Shown piece after piece: positions 1 to 13,225 of a stretch of DNA of 64,000 nucleotides (position 1 is the first letter of the stretch; each line of letters begins with the position of its first letter). Below the pieces are notes generated by a model that ran no database searches, was not told the DNA's origin, and saw only the letters and a list, made by a program, of their open reading frames with translations. Position numbers and translations under genes: made by a program. Source of the stretch: Squalus acanthias (lineage: Eukaryota); NCBI GenBank assembly GCA_030390025.1, contig CM059431.1, positions 156,118,001-156,182,000 of the forward strand, written 5' to 3'.

Positions 1-3000
1 TTGGACTACACAGCGTGTCAGAGGACCGTGGACTACACAGAGTGTCAGAGTACCCTGGGAACACAGAGTGTCAGAGGACCCTGGACTACACAGAGTGTCA
101 GAGTACCGTGGACTACACAGAGTGTCAGAGAACCTTGGAAGACACAGTGTCAGAGTACCGTGGGCTACACAGAGTGATAGAGTATACTGTGCTACATAGA
201 GTGTCAGAGTACCCTGGAATACACAGAGTGTCAGAGTAAACTTTGCTACACAGAGTGTCAGAGTACCGTGGAATACACAGAGTGTCAGAGTACCTTGGAC
301 TACAGTGAGTGTCAGAGTACCGTGGGCTACACAGAGTGTCAGAGTACCTTGGTCTACACGCAGTGTCAGAGTACCTTGGGCTACACAGAGTGTCAGAGTT
401 CCGTGGGCTACACAGAGTGTCAGAGTAACTTGGACTAAAAAGAGTGTCAGAGTACCGTGGGCTACACAGAGTGACAGAGAACCCTGGACTACACGGAGTG
501 TCAGATTACCTTGGACTACACAGAGTGTCAGAGTACCGTGTGCTACACAGAGTGTCAGAGTACCTTAGACTAAACAGAGTGTCGGAGTACCGTGGGCTAC
601 ACAGAGTGACAGAGTACATTGGGCTACGCAGAGTGTCAGAGTACCCTGGACTGCACAGAGTGTCAGAGTACCCTGGACTACACAGAGTGTCAGATTACCC
701 TGGACTACACAGATTGTCAGAGTACCCTGGACTACACAGAGTGTCAGAGTACCTTGGACTACACAGAGTGTCAGAGTACCGTGGGCTACACAGATTGACA
801 GAGTTCCTTGGACTACACAGAGTGTCAGAGTTCCTTGGACTAAACAGAGTGTCAGAGTACCGTGTACTACATAGAGTGTCAGGGTACCTTGGACTACGCA
901 GAGTGGCAGAGAACCGTGGGCTACACAGAGTGACAGAGTACACTGGGCTACACAGAGTGTCAGAGTACCCTGGGCTACACAGATTATCAAAGAACCGTAG
1001 ACTACACAGAGTGTAAGAGTACCCTGGTCTACACAGAGTGTCAGAGAACCGTGGGTTACACAGACTGTCAGAATACATTGGACTACACAGAGTGTCAGAG
1101 TACCGTGGCCTACACAGAGCGTCAGAGTATCCAGGACCATACAGAGTGGCAGAGTACACTGGGCTACACAAATTGTCAGAGTACCGTGGACTGCACAGAG
1201 TGTCAGAGTACCCTGGACTACACAGAGTGTCAGATTACCCTGGACTACACAGAGTGTCAGAGTACCCTGGACTACACAGAGTGTCAGAGTACCTTGGACT
1301 ACACAGAGTGTCAGAGTACCGTGGGCTACACAGATTGACAGAGTTCCTTGGACTACACAGAGTGTCAGAGTTCCTTGGACTAAACAGAGTGTCAGAGTAC
1401 CGTGTACTACACAGAGTGTCAGAGTACCTTGGACTACGCAGAGTGGCAGAGAACCGTGGGCTACACAGAGTGACAGAGTACACTGGGCTACACAGAGTGT
1501 CAGAGTACCCTGGGCTACACAGAGTATCAAAGAACCGTAGACTACACAGAGTGTTAGAGTACCCTGGTATACACAGAGTGTCAGAGAACCGTGGGTTACA
1601 CAGACTGTCAGAATACATTGGACTACACAGAGTGTCAGAGTATCTTGGACTACACAGCGTGTCAGAGGACCGTGGACTTCACAGAGTGTCAGAGTACCCT
1701 GGGAACACAGAGTGTCAGAGGACGCTGGACTACACAGAGTGTCAGAGTACCGTGGGCTACACAGAGTGTCAGAGTACCTTGGTCTACACGCAGTTTCAGA
1801 GTACCTTGGGCTACACAGAGTGTCAGAGTTCCGTGGGCTACACAGAGTGTCAGAGTAACTTGGACTAAAAAGAGTGTCAGAGTACCGTGGGCTACACAGA
1901 GTGACAGAGAACCCTGGACTACACAGAGTGTCAGAGTACCCTGGGCTACACAGAGTGTCAGAGTACCGTGGGCTACACAGAGTGTCAGATTACCTTGGAC
2001 TACACAGAGTGTCAGAGTACCGTGTGCTACACAGAGTGTCAGAGTACCTTAGACTACACAGAGTGTCGGAGTACCGTGGGCTACACAGAGTGACAGAGTA
2101 CATTGGGCAACGCAGAGTGTCAGAGTACCCTGGACTGCACAGAGTGTCAGAGTACCCTGGACTACACAGAGTGTCAGATTACCCTGGACTACACAGAGTG
2201 TCATAGTACCCTGGACTACACAGAGTGTCAGAGTACCTTGGACTACACAGTGTGTCAGAGTACCGTGTACTACACAGAGTGTCAGAGTACCTTGGACTAC
2301 GCAGAGTGGCAGAGAACCGTGGGCTACACAGAGTGACAGAGTACACTGGGCTACACAGAGTGTCAGAGTACCCTGGGCTACACAGAGTATCAAAGAACCG
2401 TAGACTACACAGAGTGTTAGAGTACCCTGGTCTACACAGAGTGTCAGAGAACCGTGTGTTACACAGACTGTCAGAATACATTGGACTACACAGAGTGTCA
2501 GAGTACCGTGGCCTACACAGAGCGTCAGAGTATCCAGGACCATACAGAGTGACAGAGTACACTGGGCTACACAAATTGTCAGAGTATCCTGGACTACACA
2601 GAGTGTCAGAGAACCGTAGAATACACAGAGTGTTAGAGTACCTGGTCTACACAGAGTGTCAGAGCACCTTGGACTACACAGAGTGTCAGAGTACCCTGGA
2701 CTACACAGAGTGTCAGTGTACCGTGGACTAAAGAAAGTGTGAGAGTACCCTGGACTTCACAGAGTGTCAGAGTACATTGGACTACACAGAGTGTCAGTGT
2801 ACCGTGGACTAAAGAGAGTGTGAGAGTACCCTGGACTTCACAGAGTGTCAGAGTACCGTGGGCGACACAGAGTGTCAGAGTACCTTGGACGACACAGAGT
2901 GTCAGAGTACCGTGGGCTAAACAGAATGACAGATTACCCTGGACTACACGCAGTGTCAGAGTACCTTGGACTACACAGAGTGTCAGAGATCCGTGGGCTA

Positions 3001-4683
3001 CACAGAGTGTCAGAGTACCTTGGACTACACAGATTATCAGAGTACCCTGGATTACACGGAGTGTCAGAGTTCCTTGGACTAAACAGAGTGTCAGAGTACC
3101 GTGTACGGCACAGTGTGTCAGAGTATATTGGACTACACAGAGTGTCAAAGTACCGTGGGCTACACAGAGTGTCAGAGTAACTTGGACTACACAGAGTTTC
3201 AGAGTACCGTGGAATGCACAGAGTGTCAGAGTACATTGAACTACGCAGAGTGGCAGAGAACCGTGGGCTACACAGAGTGTTAGAGTACCCTGGTCTACAC
3301 AGAGTGTAAGAGAGCCGTGGGATAAACAGTCTGTCAGAATACATTGGACTACACAGAGTGTCAGAGTACCCAGGACTATACAGAGTGACAGAGTACACTG
3401 GACTACACAGAGTGTCAGAGAACCGTAGACAACACACAGTGTTAGAGTACCCTGGTCTACACAGAGTGACAGAGTACCTTGGACTACACAGAGTGTCAGA
3501 GTACCCTGGACTAAACATAGTTTCAGAGTTCCTTGGACTAAACAGAGTGTCAGAGTACCGTGTACTACACAGAGTGTCAGAGTACCTTGGACTACACAGA
3601 GTGTCAATGTACCGTGGGCTGCACAGACTGACAGAGTACACTGGGCTACACAGAGTGTCAGAGTACCTTGGACTACACAGAGTTTCTGAGTACCGTGGAC
3701 TACACAGAGTGTTAGAGTACCCTGGTCTACACAGAGTGTCAGAGAACCGTGGGCTACACAGACTGTCAGAATACATTGGACTACACAGAGTGTCAGAGTA
3801 CCGTGGACTACACAGAGCGTCAGAGTATCCAGGACCATACAGAGTGACAGAGTACACTGGGCTACAAAGATTGTCAGAGTATCCTGGACTACACAGAGTG
3901 TCAGAGCACCTTGGACTACACAGAGTGTCAGAGTACCCTGGACTACACAGAGTGTCAGTGTACCGTGGACTAAAGAGAGTGTGAGAGTACCCTGGACTTC
4001 ACAGAGTGTCAGAGTACATTGGACTACACAGAGTGTCAGTGTACCGTGGACTAAAAAGAGTGTGAGAGTACCCTGGACTTCACAGAGTGTCAAAGTACCG
4101 TGGGCTACACAGAGTGTCAGAGTAACTTGGATTACACAGAGTTTCAGAGTACCGTGGACTGCACAGAGTGTCAGAGTACATTGAACTACGCAGAGTGGCA
4201 GAGAACCGTGGGCTACACAGAGTGTTATGGTACCCTGGTCTACACAGAGTGTAAGAGAGCCGTGGGATAAACAGACTGTCAGAATACATTGGACTACACA
4301 GAGTGTCAGAGTACCGTGGACAATACAGAGCTTCATAGTACCCAGGACTATACAGAGTGACAGAGTTTACTGGGCTACACAGATTGTCAGAGTATCCTGG
4401 ACTACACAGAGTGTCAGAGAAACGTAGACAACACACAGTGTTAGAGTACCCTGGTCTACACAGAGTGACAGAGTACCTTGGACTACACAGAGTGTCAGAG
4501 TACCCTGGACTAAACAGAGTTTCAGAGTTCCTTGGACTAAACAGAGTGTCAGAGTACCGTGTACTACACAGAGTGTCAGAGTACCTTGGACTACACAGAG
4601 TGTCAATGTACCGTGGGCTGCACAGACTGACAGAGTACACTGGGCTACACAGAGTGTCAGAGTACCTTGGACTACACAGAGTT
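1..4683 (+). repeat. Copy 1 of a near-identical long-range duplication (partner 39223-43898, offset about 39,222 bp)
   Basis: The order of variant monomers is the same in both copies. ORFs 305..568, 444..1016 and 565..1530 recur at 39527, 39666 and 39787 (offset 39,222). ORF 2225 recurs at 41445 (39,220) and 3358 at 42577 (39,219). Confidence 0.95.
647..1642 (+). repeat. 540-bp (20-monomer) period duplication: 647-1102 matches 1187-1642
   Basis: Lines 661-1081 and 1201-1621 are nearly identical in register; the offset of 540 is 20 x 27. Confidence 0.9.
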
Positions 4684-5009
4684 TCTGAGTACCGTGGACT
4701 GCACAGAGTGTCAGAGTACATTGGACTACGCAGAGTGGCAGAGAACCGTGGGCTACACAGAGTGTTACAGTACCCTGGTCTACACAGAGTGACAGAGTTC
4801 CTTGGACTACACAGAGTGTCAGAGTACCCTGGACTACACAGAGTTTCAGAGTTCCTTGGACTAAACAGTGTGTCAGAGTACCGTGTACTACACAGGGTGT
4901 CAGAGTACCTTGGACTACACAGAGTGTCAGAGTACCGTGGGCTACACAGAGTGTCAGAGTACCTTGGTCTACACGCAGTGTCAGAGTACCTTGGACTACA
5001 CTGAGCGTC

Positions 5010-8000
5010 AGAGTACCGTGGGCTACACAGAGTGTCAGAGTACCTTGGTCTACACGCAGTGTCAGATTACCTTGGACTACACAGAGTGTCAGAGTACCGT
5101 GAGCTACACAGAGTGTCAGAGTACCTTAGACTACACAGAGTGTCGGAGTACCGTGGGCTACACAGAGTGACAGAGTACATTGGGCTACGCAGATTGTCAG
5201 AGTACCCTGGACTGCACAGAGTGTCAGAGTACCCTGGACTACACAGAGTGTCAGATTACTCTGGACTACACAGAGTGTCAGAGTACCCTGGACTACACAG
5301 AGTGTCAGAGTTCCTGTGACTAAACAGAGTGTCAGAGTACCGTGTACTACACAGAGTGTAAGAGTACCTTGGACTACGCAGAGTGGCAGAGAACCGTGGG
5401 CTACACAGAGTGACAGTGTACACTGGGCTACACAGAGTGTCAGAGTACCCTGGGCTACACAGAGTATCAAAGAACCGTAGACTACACAGAGTGTTAGAGT
5501 ACCCTGGTCTACACAGAGTGTCAGAGAACCGTGGGTTACACAGACTGTCAGAATACATTGGACTGCACAGAGTGTCAGAGTACCGTGGCCTACACAGAGC
5601 GTCAGAGTATCCAGGACCATACAGAGTGACAGAGTACACTGGGCTACACAAATTGTCAGAGTATCCTGGACTACACAGAGTGTCAGAGAACCGTAGACTA
5701 CACAGAGTCTTAGAATACCTGGTCTACACAGAGTGTCAGAGCACCTTGGACTACACAGAGTGTCAGAGTACCCTGGACTACACAGAGTGTCAGTGTACCG
5801 TGGACTAAAGAAAGTGTGAGAGTACCCTGGACTTCACAGAGTGTCAGAGTACCGTGGGCGACACAGAGTGTCAGAGTACCTTGGACGACACAGAGTGTCA
5901 GAGTACCGTGGGCTACACAGAATGACAGATTACCCTGGACTACACGCAGTGTCAGAGTACCTTGGACTACACAGAGTGTCAGAGATACGTGGGCTACACA
6001 GAGTGTCAGAGTACCTTGGACTACACAGATTATCAGAGTACCCTGGATTACACGGAGTGTCAGAGTTCCTTGGACTAAACAGAGTGTCAGAGTTACGTGT
6101 ACTACACAGTGTGTCAGAGTATATTGGACTACACAGAGTGTCAAAGTACCGTGGGCTACACAGAGTGTTAGAGTACCCTGGTCTACACAGAGTGTAAAAG
6201 AACCGTGGGATAAACAGACTGTCAGAATACATTGGACTACACAGAGTGTCAGAGTACCGTGGACTATACAGAGCGTCAGAGTGCCCAGGACTATACAGAG
6301 TGACAGAGTACACTGGGCTACACAGATTGTCAGAGTATCCTGGACTACACAGAGTGTCAGAGAACCGTAGACAACACAGAGTGTTAGAGTACCCTGGTCT
6401 ACACAGTGTGACAGAGTACCTTGGACTACACAGAGTGTCAGAGTCCCCTGGACTACACAGAGTGTCAGAGATCCTTGGACTAAAAAGAGTGTCAGAGTAC
6501 CGTGTACTACGCAGAGTGTCAGAGTACCTTGGACGACACAGAGTGTCAAAGTGCCGTGGGCTACACAGACTGACAGAGTACACTGGGCTACACAGAGTTT
6601 CAGAGTACCTTGGACTACGCAGAGTTTCTGAGTACCGTGGACTGCACAGAGTGTCAGAGTATATTGGACTACGCAGAGTGGCAGAGAACCGTGGGCTACA
6701 CAGAGTGACAGAGTACACTGGGCTACACAGAGTGTCAGAGTACCCTGGGCTACACAGAGCGTCAGAGTATCCAGGACCATACAGAGTGACAGAGTACACT
6801 GGGCTACACAGATTGTCAGAGTATCCTGGACTACACAGAGTGTCAGAGAACCGTAGACTACACAGAGTGTTAGAGTACCTGGTCTACACAGAGTGTCAGA
6901 GCACCTTGGACTACACAGAGTGTCAGAGTACCCTGGACTACACAGAGTTTCAGAGTTCCTTGGACTAAACAGTGTGTCAGAGTACCGTGTACTACACAGG
7001 GTGTCAGAGTACCTTGGACTACACAGAGTGTCAAAGCACCGTGGGCTACACAGACTGACAGAGTACACTGGTCTTCACAGAGTGTCAGAGTACCTTGGAC
7101 TACACAGAGATTCTGAGTACCGTGGACTGCACAGAGTGTCAGAGTATATTGGACTACGCAGAGTGGCAGAGAACCGTGGGCTACACAGAGTGACAGAGTA
7201 CACTGGGCTACACAGAGTGTCAGAGTATCGTGGGCTACACAGAGTATCAAAGAACCGTAGACTACACAGAGTGTTAGAGTACCCTGGTCTACACAGAGTG
7301 TCAGAGAACCGTGGGCTACACAGACTGTCAGAATACATTGGACTACACAGAGTGTCAGAGGACCGTGGACTACACAGAGCGTCAGAGTATCCAGGACCAT
7401 ACAGAGTGACAGAGTACACTGGGCTACACAGATTGTCAGAGTATCCTGGATTGCACAGAGTGTCAGAGCACCTTGGACTACACAGAGTGTCAGAGTACCG
7501 TGGGCGACACAGAGTGTCAGAGTACCTTGGACGACACAGAGTGTCAGAGTACCGTGGACTAAACAGAGTGTCAGAGTACCCTGGACTACACAGAGTGTCA
7601 GAGATCCGTGGGCTACACAGAGTGTCAGAGTACCTTGGACTAAACAGAGTGTCAGAGTACGTTGGACTACACAGAGTGTCAGAGTACCGTTGGCTACACA
7701 GAGTGTCAGAGTACCCTGGACTGCACAGAGTGTCATAGTACCGTGGGCTGCACTGAGTGTCAGAGTACCTTGGTCTACACAGAGTGTCAGAATACCGTGG
7801 GCTTCACAGAGAGACAGAGTACCCTGGACTACACAGAGTGTCAGAGTACCATGGACTACACAGAGTGTCAGAGTACCCTGGACTACACAGAGTGTCAGAG
7901 TACCGTGGACAACACAGAGTGTCAGAGTATCTTGGACTACACAGCGTGTCAGAGGACCGTGGACTACACAGAGTGTCAGAGTACCCTGGGAACACAGAGT

Positions 8001-9830
8001 GTCAGAGGACCCTGGACTACACAGAGTGTCAGAGTACCGTGGACTACACAGAGTGTCAGAGTACCCTGTGAACACAGAGTGTCAGAGGACCCTGGACTAA
8101 ACAGAGTGTCAGAGTACACTGGGCTACACAGAGTGTCAGAGTACCCTAGAAAACACAGAGTGTCAGAGTACCTTGGACTACACAGAGTTTCAGAGTACCG
8201 TGGACTACACAGAGTGTCGGTATACCGTGGGCTAAACAGAGTGATAGAGTACACTGGGCAACACAGAGATTCAGAGTACCTTGGACTACACAGAGTGTCA
8301 GAGTATCTTGGACTACACAGCGTGTCAGAGGACCGTGGACTACACAGAGTGTCAGAGTACCCTGGGAACACAGAGTGTCAGAGGACCCTGGACTACTCAG
8401 AGTGCCAGAGTACCGTGGACTACACAGAGCGTCAGAGAACCTTGGACTACACAGTGTCAGAGTACCCTGGACTACACAGAGTGTCAGAGTAAACTTTGCT
8501 ACACAGTGTGTCAGAGTACCGTGGAATACAAAGAGTGTCATAGTACCTTGGACTACACTGAGTGTCAGAGTACCGTGGGCTACACAGAGTGTCAGAGTAC
8601 CTTGGTCTACACGCAGTGTCAGATTACCTTGGACTACACAGAGTGTCAGAGTACCGTGAGCTACACAGAGTGTCAGAGTACCTTAGACTACACAGAGTGT
8701 CGGAGTACCGTGGGCTACACAGAGTGACAGAGTACATTGGGATACGCAGATTGTCAGAGTACCCTGGACTGCACATAGTGTCAGAGTACCCTGGACTACA
8801 CAGAGTGTCAGATTACTCTGGACTACACAGAGTGTCAGAGTACCCTGGACTACACAGAGTGTCAGAGTACCTTGGACTACACAGAGTGTCAGAGTACCGT
8901 GAGCTACACAGATTGACAGAGTTCCTTGGACTAAACAGAGTGTCAGAGTACCCTGGACTACACAGAGTGTCAGAGTTCCTGTGACTAAACAGAGTGTCAG
9001 AGTACCGTGTACTACACAGAGTGTCAGAGTACCTTGGACTACGCAGAGTGGCAGAGAACCGTGGGCTACACAGAGTGACAGTGTACACTGGGCTACACAG
9101 AGTGTCAGAGCACCCTGGGCTACACAGAGTATCAAAGAACCGTAGACTACACAGAGTGTTAGAGTACCCTGGTCTACACAGAGTGTCAGAGAACCGTGGG
9201 TTACACAGACTGTCAGAATACATTGGACTACACAGAGTGTCAGAGTACCGTGGCCTACACAGAGCGTCAGAGTATCCAGGACCATACAGAGTGACAGAGT
9301 ACACTGGGCTACACAAATTGTCAGAGTATCCTGGACTACACAGAGTGTCAGAGAACCGTAGACTACACAGAGTCTTAGAATACCTGGTCTACACAGAGTG
9401 TCAGAGCACCTTGGACTACACAGAGTGTCAGAGTACCCTGGAATACACAGAGTGTCAGTGTACCGTGGACTAAATAAAGTGTGAGAGTACCCTGGACTTC
9501 ACAGAGTGTCAGAGTACCGTGGGCGACACAGAGTGTCAGAGTACCTTGGACGACACAGAGTGTCAGAGTACCGTGGGCTACACAGAATGACAGATTACCC
9601 TGGACTACACGCAGTGTCAGAGTACCTTGGACTACACAGAGTGTCAGAGATCCGTGGGCTACACAGAGTGTCAGAGTACCTTGGACTACACAGATTATCA
9701 GAGTACCCTGGATTACACGGAGTGTCAGAGTTCCTTGGACTAAACAGAGTGTCAGAGTTACGTGTACTACACAGTGTGTCAGAGTATATTGGACTACACA
9801 GAGTGTCAAAATACCGTGGGCTACACAGAG
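5010..9830 (+). repeat. Dispersed duplication: about 5010-6165 matches about 8567-9830 (offset 3557 then 3665; copy 2 has 4 extra monomers)
   Basis: The rare variant TTCCTGTGAC is at 5311 and 8976, and GTCTTAGAATACCTGG is in both copies. ORF 5126 matches 8683 (offset 3557) and 5816 matches 9481 (offset 3665); the difference is 108 = 4 x 27. Confidence 0.85.
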
Positions 9831-10586
9831 TGACAGAGTACACTGGGCTACACAGAGTGTCAGACTAACCTGGACTACACAGAGTTTCAGAGTACCGTGG
9901 ACTGCACAGAGTGTCAGAGTACCGTGGACTTCACAGAGTGTCAGCGTACCTTGGACTACACAGAGTGTCAGAGTACCCTGGGCTACACAGAGTGTCAGAG
10001 TGCCTTGGACTACACAGAATGTCAGTGTACCGTGGACTAAAGAGAGTGTGAGAGTACCCTGGACTTCACAGAGTGTCAGAGTACCGTGGGCTACACAGAG
10101 TGTCAGAGTACCTTGGACTACACAGAGTGTCAGAGTACCGTGGGCTACACAGAATGACAGATTACCCTGGACCACACGCAGTGTCAGAGTACCGTGTACT
10201 AAAGAGAGTGTCAGTGTACCCTGGACTACACAGAGTGACAGAGAACACTGGGCTACACAGAGTTAAGAGTACCTTGGACTACACGGAGTGTCAGAGTACC
10301 TTGGACGACACAGAGTGTCAGAGTACCGTGAGCTACACAGAGTGACAGAGTACACTGGGCTACACAGAGTGTCAGAGTACCTTGGTCTACAAGGAGTGTC
10401 AGAGTATCTTAGACTATACAGAGTGTCAGAGTAGCCTGGACTACACAGAGTGTCAGAGTACCTTGGTCAATACAGAATGACAGAGTAAACTGGGCTTCAC
10501 AGAGTGTCTGTGTACCCTGGACTAAACAGAGTGGCAGAGTGCCCTTGGCTACACAGAGTGTCAGAGTATACTGGGCTACACAGTGT

Positions 10587-10598
10587 TCATGATGCGGA
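10587..10598. other. 12-bp non-satellite insertion TCATGATGCGGA (copy 1)
   Basis: The sequence reads CACAGTGT[TCATGATGCGGA]GTCAGAGTACCCAGGACTCCAC. The empty site CACAGTGTGTCAGAGTACCCAGGACTCCAC is at about 15184, 20479, 29852 and 34166. Confidence 0.95.
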
Positions 10599-13213
10599 GT
10601 CAGAGTACCCAGGACTCCACAGAGTGTCAGAGTACCGTGGACTACACAGACTGTCAGAGTACCCGGGACTAAACAGAGTGTCAGAGTACCTTGGACTAAA
10701 CAGAGTGTCAGAGTAACGTGTACTACACAGAGTGTCAGAGTACCTTGGACTGCACAGAGTGTAAAAGTACCGTGGGCTACAGAGACTGACAGAGTACACT
10801 GGGCTACACAGAGTATCAGAGTACCTTGGACTACACAGAGTGTCAGAGTAGATTGGACTCCGCAGAGTGGCAGAGAACCGTGGGCTTCTCAGAGTGACGG
10901 AGTGCACTGGGCTACACAGAGTGTCAGAGTACCCTGGGCTACACAGAATATCAGAGAACCGTAGACTACACAGAGTGTTAGAGTACCCTGGTCTACACAG
11001 AGTTTAAGAGAACCGTGGGCTACTCAGACTGTCAGAATACATTGGACTACACAGAGTGTCAGAGTACCGTGGACTAAACAGAGTGTCAGAGTACCCTGGA
11101 CCAAATAGATTGTCAGAGTACCCTGGACTACACAGATTGTCAGTGTAACCTGGAGTACACAGACTGTCAGAGTAACCTGGACTATACAGTGTCAGAGTAC
11201 CCTGGACTAAACAGTGTGTCAGAGTACCCTGGACTACACAGAGTGTCAGAGTACCCTGGACTACACAGAGGGTCAGTGTACCATGGACTACACGGAGTGT
11301 AAGAATACCTTGGACTACACAGAGTGTCAGTGTACCGTGGACTACACAGAGTGTCAGAGTACCTTGGAATACGCAGAGCGTCACAGATCCGTGGGCTAGA
11401 CAGAGTGACAGAGTACACTGGGCTACACAGAATGTCAGAGTACCCTGGACTACACAAAGTGTCAGAGTACACTGGGCTACTCAGATTGTCAGAGTACATT
11501 GGACTACAAAGAGTGTCAGTGTACCCTTGACTACACAGAGTGTCAGAGTACCTTGGACTACACAGAGTTTCAGAGTACCGTGGACTACACAGATTGTCGG
11601 TATACCGTGGGCTAAACAGAGTGATAGAGTACACTGGGCTACACAGAGATTCAGAGTACCTTGGACTCCGCAGAGTGTCAGAGTATCTTGGACTACACAG
11701 CGTGTCAGAGTACCGTGGACTACACAGAGTGTCAGAGTACGCTGGGAACACAGAGTGACAGAGGACCCTGGACTACACAGAGTGTCAGAGTACCGTGGAC
11801 TACACAGAGTGTCAGAGAACCTTGAACTACACAGAGTGTCAGAGTACCGTGGGCTACACAGAGTGTCAGAGTACCTTGGTCTACACGCAGTGTCAGAGTA
11901 CCTTGGGCTACACAGAGTGTCAGAGTACCTTGGTCTGCACGCAGTGTCAGAGTACCTTGGACGACACAGAGTGTCAGAGTACCGTGAGCTACACAGAGTG
12001 ACAGAGTACACTGGGCTACACAGAGTGTCAGAGTACCTTGGTCTACACGGAGTGTCAGAGTACCTTAGACTATACAGAGTGTCAGAGTAGCCTGGACTAC
12101 ACAGAGTGTCAGAGTACCTTGGGCTACACAGAGTTTTAGAGTACACTGGGCTCCACAGATTCTCAGAGTTCCTTGATCTAAACAGAGTGTCAGAGTACCG
12201 TGGGCTACACAGAATGACAGATTACCCTGGACTACACGCAGTGTCAGAGTACCTTGGACTACACAGAGTGTCAGAGATCCGTGGGCTACACAGAGTGTCA
12301 GAGTACCTTGGACTACACAGATTATCAGAGTACCCTGGATTACACGGAGTGTCAGAGTTCCTTGGACTAAACAGAGTGTCAGAGTTACGTGTACTACACA
12401 GTGTGTCAGAGTATATTGGACTACACAGAGTGTCAAAATACCGTGGGCTACACAGAGTGACAGAGTACACTGGGCTACACAGAGTGTCAGACTAACCTGG
12501 ACTACACAGAGTTTCAGAGTACCGTGGACTGCACAGAGTGTCAGAGTACCGTGGACTTCACAGAGTGTCAGCGTACCTTGGACTACACAGAGTGTCAGAG
12601 TACCCTGGGCTACACAGAGTGTCAGAGTGCCTTGGACTACACAGAATGTCAGTGTACCGTGGACTAAAGAGAGTGTGAGAGTACCCTGGACTTCACAGAG
12701 TGTCAGAGTACCGTGGGCTACACAGAGTGTCAGAGTACCTTGGACTACACAGAGTGTCAGAGTACCGTGGGCTACACAGAATGACAGATTACCCTGGACC
12801 ACACGCAGTGTCAGAGTACCGTGTACTAAAGAGAGTGTCAGTGTACCCTGGACTACACAGAGTGACAGAGAACACTGGGCTACACAGAGTTAAGAGTACC
12901 TTGGACTACACGGAGTGTCAGAGTACCTTGGACGACACAGAGTGTCAGAGTACCGTGAGCTACACAGAGTGACAGAGTACACTGGGCTACACAGAGTGTC
13001 AGACTACCTTGGTCTACAAGGAGTGTCAGAGTATCTTAGACTATACAGAGTGTCAGAGTAGCCTGGACTACACAGAGTGTCAGAGTACCTTGGGCAATAC
13101 AGAATGACAGAGTAAACTGGGCTTCACAGAGTGTCTGTGTACCCTGGACTAAACAGAGTGGCAGAGTGCCCTTGGCTACACAGAGTGTCAGAGTATACTG
13201 GGCTACACAGTGT

Positions 13214-13225
13214 TCATGATGCGGA
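13214..13225. other. 12-bp non-satellite insertion TCATGATGCGGA (copy 2)
   Basis: Identical insertion and context, 2627 bp after copy 1. Confidence 0.95.

Noticed and set aside
10587..10598. 12-bp insertion as a mobile element or translation start (contains ATGATG)
   Set aside because: Too short, with no terminal repeats or coding capacity; the three copies are explained by block duplication, not independent insertion.
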